64,000 nt of DNA, taken from the NCBI GenBank assembly GCA_002633005.1, contig NMRA01000015.1:613239-677238 (forward strand), in the 5' to 3' direction. The translations under genes and the position numbers were made by a program. Below the pieces are notes generated by a model that was not told where the DNA came from, made no database searches, and saw nothing but the letters and a program-made list of their open reading frames with translations. Of the stretch, positions 25,501 to 37,500 are shown in pieces (the first letter of the stretch is position 1; each line of letters opens with the position of its first letter). This DNA is from Phoronis australis (lineage: Eukaryota; Animalia; Phoronida).

Positions 25501-28500
25501 AAAATAATACGTGCACTTCCACAAAATCGACGGCATTACATGCATGCAGGGTACCGGTATCCATGCGATCACAGTTATTAATGTTCACATATATTTATAC
25601 ACACACACGTAGTCATTACTATTACATGCAGAGGGCTTGTTTGACAACTGGGCGGTTTATTTACGGTGGACAATACAATGATCCGCAGCACCTTGGATAT
25701 CGCCGTATGATTCAACACCCCGTCCAATGTGAACGTTACTTGTCCATGTAGGAACTTAAGTCATACAGCAAGTCATCTTTCTTAATTTATAATTAATGTG
25801 ATGTATGACTGAAGTTCCCAGGGGGAACACGGAGCGTAAAATGGAGTAACATAAATATAAGAAAAAGGCTGACATTTAGAGGGTACACTGTAGCTGGGGC
25901 CGGGGGGGGGGGTTGGGGGGTAGCTGGTAAAATGACAATAATTTAATACTTAAGTAATATTTATAAAACGTGCGACACTAGCTTGTCACTATAGCTTTCA
26001 CCAATGGATTTCAAGGCCCTGAAGTATTTGCCGTCGAAACTTGAACGAGAATTTCTTTCAAGTTCAACTCTAAATCCGTAACAGATGCACCAGAATTCAC
26101 ATTCATGCTCCGAATTCTGAAAATTTCTTGGCGTGGTTCATCAAATACTCGGTATATGTCGACTGGCACAAGCCAGGCATGCTGGGCCAGATGCTTACGA
26201 TCTGGCGGTATTTGTGACCTACGACTTCTTACCTTACTTCCGCCGCCTTTCTGGCGCGCAACAGGCATTCAGTGTTCTGCATAATGTGAACTTTATAATG
26301 CACAACCCTCGTATGTCTCCGTAACGCGACTGTCACTTTCACTGAGTGACTAAGAGCCTTGTTACACCACGGTTGTCCTGAAATGTGGAAAAACGACTGG
26401 GATTCGATGAAACATGATAGGCTACACAATCTGGTGAAGAACCTTGTGCACATGCGGTGTCGCAGTCCAGGCATTTTTGCTGCCCTTAGTTCATCAACAA
26501 AATGTTAATAGTGGTTCGGATATTTCACCTCGAGTTTGATGTGGCAGACCTTTGGTGTCGATCAGTTTCTATTCTAGGCCGCTTGTGTTGTGAAGCGTTT
26601 GATGCGATAGGGCCTTTAGGTCATTTTCCAGTCTATTCAAGACCACCCGTGACCTGACGGGATGGGATATTTAGTGTCAGTCATTTCTAGTCAAGACTGC
26701 CTGTGACCTAAAAGCTTAATGTGACAGGGCCTTTAGTCTCGGTTATTTTCTCGTCAAGACTGCCTGTGACCTAAAACTTTAATGTGACAGGGCCTTTAGT
26801 GTCGGTTATTTTCTTGTCAAGACTGCATGTGACCTAAACTTTTAATGTCTCAGGGCCCTTAGTGTCGGTTATTTTCTAATCAAGACTGCCTGTGACCTAA
26901 AAGTTTAATGTCTCAGGGCCCTTAGTGTCGGTTATTTTCTAATCAAGACTGCCTGTGACCTAAAAGTTTAATGTGACAGGGCCTTTAGTGTCGGCTATTT
27001 TCTAGTCAAGACTGCATGTGACCTGAAGAAATGTGAACATGGTTGTCAATTTTTCGGCGGAATAGCCCGATGCACATGCAACGAGTTCTACGCTCCGGAT
27101 CCGAAGGACAACACTAAATGTAAACGTAAGTGCAAAATAAGTGCAATTTTCACTTTCCAAATGTGTTACCGTAAAGCCAGCAAGTACAGAGAGGAGATGC
27201 TAGAGGAATTAAATAGTTCGGCTGCGGAAACAAGCGATGGTGCTTGGGCATTTTGACAAAAAAATTGTGCGATCATAGGGGTTTCTAACGTAACCTCGTT
27301 TGTCAATTTGTCCTGTATGATTGTTTGTCGTTTATGACAAATTGGGACGTGTAAACACAGTTTTCGAGAAGTCACATGCAGGCGTGCTAATCCGACAGTC
27401 GTATCCGACAATTTGGCGCTGTAGACAGGGCTATGAGGACCGATATGTGCCAAAGAAAAACCGTCAGCCGGCTGTACGGGCAACCAGATTAGACATCGAG
27501 ACATGGTTCAGTACTTGATGTGGTAGGTGTTCATCCTTTGACTTTCAGATTATTCATTGTTTCTCTTCGCAGTGCATTGTGAGGTGATGGAGTGTGAAGG
27601 AAAATGTCAAAATTTAGCCGACGGAGCAATTTGCTTGTGCCCCCCAGGGAAAGTAATAAGCAACGACAAAAGAACATGTAGAGGTAAAAACATGTAGAAA
27701 CAAATTTAAGATTTCGAATTTGCGTTATCATGTGTAATTAAACAGTTAGAGTCGAAGTTCCCGGTGAGTCGGGCAAATACGTCATCGGGACAAGAAGGAA
27801 TAATAACTGATAAGCTGAGAAACGTAAACATCATGATTTCGGCTAACGTCGCCCCTTCACATAAAATTGTAGACATAATGAAGATTAACAATGGCAATCA
27901 CTTCAATCTATTCTTTTTCTGTGTTTTCCACCTCCGCTTATTTGTCACGGAATGTTTAAATTTATACGTTAACGTGTGAAATCCAGGTAAATTAATGAAT
28001 TTATGAAACGTAAGAAAGTTTAATTTCTCGAAGCCATGTTTATTAACACGTGACTTCCGCAAACATCACATCACCTGTTGTGCTTAGTACAATGATAGCA
28101 CGACGTGGCAGCTGTTTTGGCCGAAGATTAGCCTCGAAGCTAGACTCTTTAACACTGAAGTATAGCACAGATTTCAAAAAGAGCTCGGTTGGTCAGATGT
28201 TGATAGTACTGAGCCATAATCTGATATGTAAGTGTATTTCAACATCTGAAAGTATTTTATATCTCCCGTTTTCTCCGGATTCTACAAACTGCTATTCGTC
28301 TCAATTGCTGCTCAATGATCTTAATTGCATGCTTTCCATTTTTTCCTACCTTTGTGAGATAAGAAAATAGTTGTACGGCTGTTCGGGCTGCAGCCAAAGC
28401 ATAGTGCTCTGCTCGTGTGACGTATGTGATCGTTGGGCATAGTGGTACTTACGCCCGTTTGTCATCTGTGAAAGGGACTTAAAGTGGGAATGCAATGGAC

Positions 28501-31500
28501 CAAAGGACTTTTCGACATGTTACATGTGTTTGGTCAACACAGGCGTATTATTTCTTTTACCCCTGACATTAACCAAGTACGTTAATTACTATCGCACGAC
28601 CCCATCAGGAACCCCATTTAGCGCCGAAAAAACTTCAGGTGGCTCTTATATTTATCGAAGCAAATGATGTCATCTTTGTGATACCACACGAACAAGCTTT
28701 TGATAAATTAAAGAAAACTTACCACACGGTGACGGGTGTAGGTTTCAAATAGCAAAATGTCGAAATTACGTTTGTTAGAGACAATAACGTGTTTTGATTA
28801 TATACAGCGACACAGATCTCGACACTTGCACTTGAATAGAATAAAGGACGGAGTCACAGTGCTCCGATAGCGTGGCGTCTTCGAAATCAATTAGCGTGGT
28901 CCCGGTGGGGGCCTCTCACACCATAAAACTCTAGCCCTGAAATGCTAACTCCCGCTCGTGACCGAGCTTGCGATTGATCGACTGAGTTTTGATCAAAAGT
29001 GTTGTAGTTATCAAATCAAGCCTAAGTTCATTGCTCTATTTTCATTTTGACTTTTTGTTGATAAAGCAGACTCTTGAACTACGGTTCTAGACAAAAAACA
29101 GCGATTTCCCGGCAAAACTAGTCAACAAACCATTCTTTATACGCACCAACTCGTGGCCCTAACCCGATACAGGGAATAGTCTGGCCTCTGATATATTCGT
29201 TTCCTGCAGTCTTCGGAACCACATTCGACAACCTATCAAACTACATGCTTGGAGTTTTGCAACAAGACATTTTTGATGCGTAGTTTTTAACGGAAAGAAG
29301 TGACTTTTCAGGGTTTCTGAGTGTTTATTCAGTAATTATAAATGAAAGCTTAGGCCCTACTAACAGGTGTGTAGCCCTTTAATGAAAAAATCTTCTAAAC
29401 GTCATTTTCTTGCATAATTCTCATTTTGAAACAAAGAAAAGCCAGTCGTCGTTTTTGAAAACAGTACGCTAGTGACACGCGCCATTTCCTAAAATTTTGC
29501 GATATCTCTCAACCTGTGGTGTGCCAGTTGCCTATTGAGACTGGCTTACACCAATATTGATCTGTAGAGCCTCATGAATTTTCAGCTCCTTTGTTGTTTC
29601 TGCTTGGTCTATTAAGGTAGCAAAGCCTTTGAAAGAGCATTGCTCATAACAATGATTGGAGCTCTGCAGATGAATATCAATATGTGAACTTCTCAGTGTC
29701 AGAATTTAGATGTTCCCTTGTCCGCGTTTTCAAATGGCCTATATAACTGGAGCCACATCCAGCACAGATAAATCTGTACACTACCCTGGATCGTAGACCC
29801 ATAGGAAATTAGTGCTTAGGGTTAAATAAATTGCTACTTGATATCATGTAGATCTTTTAAAAACTTGTTGCGAAATGAAATCAGTTCCCATAATTTGTTG
29901 TGACATGTACGCAACCTAGCTCGTAGAAGAGAAGAATTGATTGGAGAATCGTGGAACGAAAGTAGCCAACAAGTGACGGCACCCAAACCCGCGACGCAAA
30001 AGAGCTTATCACAATATTAGCAGCAGCTGAGAGTGAATGGTAGAACGCCAAGTTTTTCGACACCAGTAAATAATTCAGTTTACTCAAAGAAGGGTGTAGT
30101 TTTTAATGTCACTAATTTTGTGTTTGATTTTATTTGACCAGTTTTTACCCTCATCGGCGCAATGGCTGTATATTTAGTATGCAACTTTGTACCAAGGCTA
30201 CGCGGGGCCATGCACAACGACATCGCACGATTGTACTAGTAGCCACCCCGACACGACAGTAAACTTGTATTGTGAACTTTTGAGAGCCGAGGTCGCAGAC
30301 GACTTTTCCACATGAAGTACATTTCTGTAGCGGCTGAGAGGCCTATCCACTTAATAACCGTAATTTATCTCATTGCCTTCCACCAAGATGCAGCCTCAGT
30401 GACGTCAACCAATAGGTATTAAAATTAGAAAAAACACTTTTTTTACAAAACTGCAAACGAATAAAAGAGATGTGATTTCTGAAACAGACTTTATTCATAA
30501 ACTAAATTGCATTAAAAATGTATGCATTTGTGCTTCAGTAACCTTTTAAACTGAAGCCGTCCTTAGGCCGAAGGAAATGGGACATCTTCAGAAAGAAGGT
30601 CAATAAAGGAGAGTAATTGTTTTGAGTTAGGTGAACCTATAAGTTTGACATCTTTTGTTTGTCTTGCTGCGCTATTTAAACTGATTACTTAGGTTTATGT
30701 TTTTCAGAGTTAACTTTTAACGACAGTTTCGTTAAAATGAATTCAGAAGTGGGTTTACCAGGGGTATTGACCAAATATTCCTGTGTAGACAGTGGCGGAT
30801 TTAAAGGGGGTTAAGAGGGCCATGCCCCCCTAAAATTCTCCCGATTTTATTTGGCAGTTAGGGGGTGCGAATGCCTGACGGGCAAAGTCTTGGCTAATAC
30901 TCTGCCTCGGACCCCCTTAACTCAAAATCCTGGATCCGCCCGTGGTAGATATTGTCTCTACTGAGATAAACTTTAGCATCAGCACGCTGGTCATGTATTA
31001 CTTCAGCTATTCATTTTCTCAAAACAGAGAAGAACTTGTGTGACCAAAAGCTTTGTTCAGACATCTGCGAAATGGAGAACGGAGAACCGCACTGCATGTG
31101 CTCCGAAGGAAAGAAGTTGGTCGGTAATGACTGCAAGTGTAAGTTGAGCTTTTAGATTCTTTAGTGGCTTCGACGAAGCAACTTCGCTGAAGCCCCGACA
31201 CCGTTGCCTTTGTCGTGTCCGTAAGGCGGGGAGAGACAGCGGTGTAGTGGGGTGTAGACGCATGTAGAAGCAGCTCGCCATTTTCTTCATTTCGTCATGC
31301 CGTATATGTGACGTACTTCAACACGTTGGGAAAAGAGTAGAGTGTAGATGAGGGCGCGTTCTTTATACTTAAAAGTTCTGTGCACTGATACGCTGGGCTT
31401 GTAGTTCATACTTACCCCTGAAGTTACCAGTATAGCACGGGGAACAGGGGGGAGGGAGATGCGTAAATGGCGCCCTCTAAATCGGCTGTGATTGAAAACA

Positions 31501-34500
31501 GTAAATTAACAGCTAGTTAGCTTACTCCAACAATACGTCGATAAGTTGAGTGCACTTATGTTCAGGTCGTCCTCGGCATACATCTGCCCCGGGTTGCGAA
31601 ATCATCGAAGTGCAACACCGTGTAAACCACAACACCCCTCCAACATAGGCCTCAGTACTCATGTTCTATGCCGCACATCCAGAGACCGACGTCGTTGGTA
31701 CATCTGTTTTCTGTAGGGATCAGCTAGATTTATTTGTATCTGTGATTTTCCTATTATTCTGCTTTCTGTTCGAACAATTTGGGTGGTTGCATATCGTGTT
31801 TGCCCGGCACTCGTTAGTTTGGCTTGGCTTGAAGCTCTAATTGACGCAACACTGTATGATTTAATTATCCAGCCTCACTGCTCAAGTCTTATAAGTCAGG
31901 TGTCCACTGAATCAAAGCCTTTGGACCAGGAATGACAGCCGGGTTTGGGAAATTTATTCCTAATTTTACGACTGCATTTCACGGCAACGTATATTAAAGG
32001 ATTTGAACTGTTCAGTGTCGGTGAAGTCAGCGAGGACGACAGTCACAGATGCGAATTATTTGTTTGTAGATCCTTGCTACTTCAAGGGATGTTCCAAGTT
32101 GTGTCGTAACGTGCACGGACGTGCAGAATGCTATTGTCCCGAAGGACAAATACTTGAAAACAACAAAAGGTCTTGCGTCATTGGTGGGTAACAACTTCTC
32201 TATAGAATAAAGAAACACATTTTGTCACGGTGACGTGTCCTGGACGTCTCTAATTTGGAATGGCACATTAAATGTTAGTTTTCAGCTCAGTACTCGTCAA
32301 ATGGTCATACCTGTTAACATGGCGCTGTGTATTCGAATGAAATGTCGGGGGTTTGACTTCATTATTCACTGATGCAGTAACCGAAATGTAAGACTACGTT
32401 GACTAAAGTATCGAATAACTATAACGCGGCAAAATATATCAATGTAGCGCTATACTAGATTATGAATAATAACAAGTTATACGCGATAGTATAATACCAG
32501 GTATTTAGGATGTTATATGTCAAAGAACATTATTTGTACTACATTGACTTTAAAACACAATATGTGAAACTCACAAGTTTAGCCCCAGTGATCGACTTAT
32601 AGGGCCTACCCACAAAGATATGATCGTCTTAACCTAGATAATGCAAACACTGAATGTAAGTATTACGTTCACTACAGAATAAAATAGCTTGTGGGCAACG
32701 ACCCCTTAGTAGGCTACTAAACAAAATACAAGAACACAACAAAAGATGCTAAATAGGCCTACCCAGAGCTGTAACACACAGGAACAGGGGCAATATACAG
32801 ATATAGTCAGCAATTAGGACTGTCTCCTACAGTCAATTAAAAGTACTGTTTTACACAAAGAACACATTTGGAGACTTAAAGCCAAAGGAATAGCGAGATT
32901 CCAAATTTAACAAGTACAAAAACATGGTATAAGCGCAAAACGTGGCAAAACTAATGATTTACCTTGATTCTGTAGATGATGAGCTTTTCTGTCGCATCAA
33001 TAAAATACATGTGTAGATGACACTTGATTTTACCTAGATTGACCTTGCTTATTTTACTAATGATACAAACCTTGAATGACTCTTGATACTAGACAAGATG
33101 GCTATCAAAAGAAAGACAATCCCAAGATGCTTCGAGGGCAAAACAACAGATGAATGTAATTACATAAAACGTGTGGCTGCTGGCCGTGTCACTAGACAGC
33201 ACTGGCATAACGTGGGCTGACAATGTTTACGATAACTTCTCAGTACTATATAGAACCATGTGGGCTATTGTTTAACCCCAGCGCAGTAGTGTTGCGCCGA
33301 GACCTACATCTCCTGGCGACATGTGCATACTAGGTTGTAGCAACCAGGAAACTGACACTCACATTTGACAAAAAGTCGTACTCGAAGTCGTGGCTAGAAC
33401 TGAATATTTAAGGCAATTTTTACTGTGTCAGTCTGTCATTTTAACATGGTTTTGGGAGAATTAAAAACACGACCTCTGCATCATTTTAACGTTTTATTCT
33501 TCATAAAGGCAGCGCGATGACACTGTCTTAGAGATTAATTCTTAGCTACGATCGTTTTTATGCGCCCACATATTTATTTGTGGACGCATTATGCCGCCGT
33601 CATTTCCGTCCGTCCGGCGTTCGGCCCGGCGTCCGACGTCCGGCGTCCGCTGCTCTATCCCCAAAACCCTTTGACGTACATTCATGAAATTTTGCACATA
33701 TGTACCTATCATGGATGGGACTGCAGGAATAAACTTTCGGACTGATCCGACTACCGTCTAGTGCCAATTTTAGTTTTTTTACGCTTACCTCTATATCTTC
33801 AAAGGTCCTTAACGTATTTTCATAAAATTTGATACATAGGCAGATGTAATACTAAGTGAGATGACGCTATATATCCTTCCGTTTTCGGATGGATTCGACG
33901 TAGTTTGCGTCACCTAGTGGCGACTTTTGCTGTTTTCGAGTCTGCTTTTTGGCGTCCACCTCTCTATCAACCAAACAGCTTACAGGATGATTGTGGAAAC
34001 TGGCATGTAGGCTTTTTCTATGAAGAGGACGGTGACGATGACTTTCCGATGATTTCGACCACTATGGCGCCTCCTAGTGGCAGCTTTGTTTCTTTTTGCG
34101 CCCATGGCCGTATCTCCTTAACCGTTTGCAGCATCCTTGCTAAATTTAGCAAGTGTATTTATATGATGTTGAACGGATGACAACAACTTTTGGACAGATC
34201 TGACTGCCAGTGTGCCCCCTAGTGGCAATTTTCATTTTTTAGGTTTACCTCTGTATCTCCAAAGGTCCTCAACGGCTTATCAGAAACTTTGGAATATAGG
34301 CATTTATTGGTGAGATGATGCTATCTTCCCGCTTTCCGATGGAATCGAGGTACTTTGCGCCACCTAGTGGCCATCTTTCCTGTTTTCTAGCCTTGTTTTT
34401 GGCGTCCATCCCTCGATCAACCAAACCATCTGAGGATGATTTTGAAAATTGGCGTATATGTTCTCGGTGTGAAGAGGACAGTTGACGACAAACGAATTCG

Positions 34501-37500
34501 ACTACTGTGGCGCCTCCTAGTGGTAGTTTTGTTTTGTGCCCACAGCCGCGCGGCAGCTTCAAAACTCGCTGCAGGATCTTTATTAAATTTAGTAATTACA
34601 ACAGACAACGCTGGTCTTTCAGGCGGATCCAATGAACGCTGTGCCCCATATTAGCAATTTCATTTTTTCTATTTTTCTTTGTTTCTCTGAAGATCCCGGC
34701 TTAACAGATTTTTATGAAATTTGGTAAATAGCTTGCTATTAAATAACCGATGGCTTGTTCCCATTTTCAGATGGATTGGAAGTTTTTTCGCCATATAGTG
34801 GCTATTTTTATGAAACAAACAAACAACCCTAGAAACACTCTGTTTGCGGTGCATTCGTTGGCGCATTTCAACGCTCTGCGTTGCTCTTGTTTGACAACAT
34901 GTTTGAAGAGGACGACGACCAAATACGGTATTCTTTTACAGAGGGGGAATGGAGTATGTGGTTTCCTAAAGGCGAATGCAGTACCACGTGTGGTGAAGGG
35001 ACGATGCCAATTTTCAGAAACTGTTCACGTAAGGGGGGAAATCTCCACATGCCCTATCTTTGCCAAGGAACATCAACATACAACTTTGTCACTTGCCGCG
35101 GATCAAAAAAATGTTCTGAATCGGATTCGGGTTCGTATAACTTAGGTGTTTTTACTTGTGTGCATAGTTCTTCGGTGGTTTATAAATGCAAGATTCGATC
35201 ACGAAAAAACAACGATATAGGGTTAATATGGCCACGTATCAGTCGAAAAGTGACCAATCACTTGACACGCACTACAAATTTGTACTCTCATCGTGCTACG
35301 CCCTACAAAGTTAATTTAAGGCTGCATTTCACCCTAGCTGTTTAGTAGCTAAAATATATCGAATAAAGCCTTATTATTCTCATAAAATCGGTGAACAATA
35401 TTCCTTACTGTCATACGATTCTATTTCCATTCGCCACTCACAAGAAAGCGCTTCAAAGTTTATTGGGCTTTAGTCGGTGGGTCAGATCTCATAGCATTCA
35501 TCCTTGTGAGTACTTTGGGGGGGGAGGGCAACCTAGTTTTTTCTATGTGGCTAGATAATATACCTATAAATCAAATTCCAAAAAGTTCCCACGTCTACAC
35601 TTGCACATTTTTTAAAAAAGGTGTTTTGTTGCACAAAATATGATGCACATTCCTGCCACTTGATGGCGCTTTTGTGTTGAATTGACCAATCAGAGAGCCA
35701 GATTGTATTGTTGTGCTTAGTTACTTCAATGTGGCTGCTCCCGGGGAGTGTGATGCCTGCAGCGCCAACAGTGTATAATTCAAGGTTTATCAAACAGCAC
35801 AAAATTGTGATGTCAGAGCCTAAAGAAGCTCAGGAAAGCTTCCTGACGAAAGCTGATTGACTGTGGAACTCTGTAGTTCAGTAGATCAAAAAGAAGAAGA
35901 GGTGTCACAAACGTTTGTGCAGAAAACAGCTGCATGTCCTGGTAACCTACACAGTATACTGTTGAGTGCTGTAGACTAGAAGACCAAGTGTCAGACCAAA
36001 AAATTGAAAGGACATAAAACGGCATAGCAACGTTTCAAGGCACCAACAGTAGTACTAAAGCTGAAGTTGCTGAAAGTGATACAGATGTTATCCAAGATTT
36101 CCCAAGAACATCAATTATACTTCCAAAATCTGAAACACCCAATTAACCTGAACAAGATAGGAACATTCTGAAACATGAGTGCATCATTTGTTAGCAGGAA
36201 AAGTACATTATGGGCCACATTTCAAGAAAGAGAAAGAAGTATAGCTTTCAAAAACAGGTACGTGTTTTTGAAAAATACATCTTGGTGTTTTCCATGTGTG
36301 TTTCAGTATTATCATTAGTTGTTTTTTAACTGTTCAGCCCCTTGGCTGCCTAGGCCTTAGACAATGCTGCTGACCCAGTAGAGACGATAGGTACTCCATA
36401 TGCCGGATACTTTTCGGCAAAATATGTTCCTATAAGTTTAGAAGTACCACGTAGAGAGATGCCTCTGAGGAGGTTGTTAATGTTTTCATTTGTTCCCAGT
36501 TTAAAAAAATACTCCTGCAATCATGTTTTTCGAGCACTCCATTCAGTTGCCACATCGACACTGCTTGTGCTAAGGGATAATCCTATGGCGTTATACTGTG
36601 GGTGTGATTTTAAAGCACTTTAAGTCAAAAAATTTTGAGAAGGTTAAATGGAGTAGATGGTTGCAAACAACATGCCCAAGTGGCCGTCATCCCTTGCCGT
36701 AGTCTCCTTTTTTGTAAACATTAATTACTTAGGTAGCTGCAATGATAATTAAATTAAAGTGCCTAAGTGGCCATCGTTGCCGTCGAAATTTTAGGACGAT
36801 GGAAGCCACTGTCCATTTCGTCAAACGTCGATTACATTAAGTGTAAATGGATTGACTATGTTTTGAGCATCTGATTTAAAAAAATTAAATTTCAATCACT
36901 GCACTGGTATATCAGCTGATTTATTTTCAGTTTCATCAACTGATCTAATTATTAGACGATTAACATTATTAGGCTACAGATCGGATGGCATGTAAATTTG
37001 TTAGGCTGGTGGTGGATCAGTTCCTGATAAGTCCGTCTGAAAAAGTTGCATGCCAACTCACTCATAGTTGAATGTTAAATTAGTGTTAACAGTTCGGGTT
37101 TTTTTCAGTTGGACTTGTATCGCAAGCAACAGCTCAGTCCAGAGCCCTGAATATGCAAATGAAATTCAAAGATAAAGACCTTGTGTCTTAGAAGCCAAGT
37201 ACCACAGATCATCATGCTATAAAAAATAGAAAGACAACGATTGTGAAGAGTGACGAATTCACAGTTTTCAGAGAAGTTTTTCTACAGTTTTGTTTGGAGT
37301 TCATTGAATCGAAGCTTCTAACACAAGGAGATGTCATTTGCCCTTCAAAACTAAAGCAAGACTTTGAAGCTGTTCTTCAGAAAGCTGGTGTGCATGAAGT
37401 TATTTGGACAGGCAATCTTAAGAAATATTGTTGGAGCTACTCACTGTTGTAGTTTGTGCCCGACTAAGAGATACGAAAGTGAATTGAGGCTAGTGTTCAA

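Noticed and set aside
26600-27025. CRISPR-like periodicity (also 41601-41800, 63081-63243)
   Set aside because: No unique spacers, no cas genes, eukaryotic context; plain tandem repeats.
29880-30240. Fourth THAP remnant on - strand (VPSL)
   Set aside because: Could not assemble the C2CH pattern; too degenerate.
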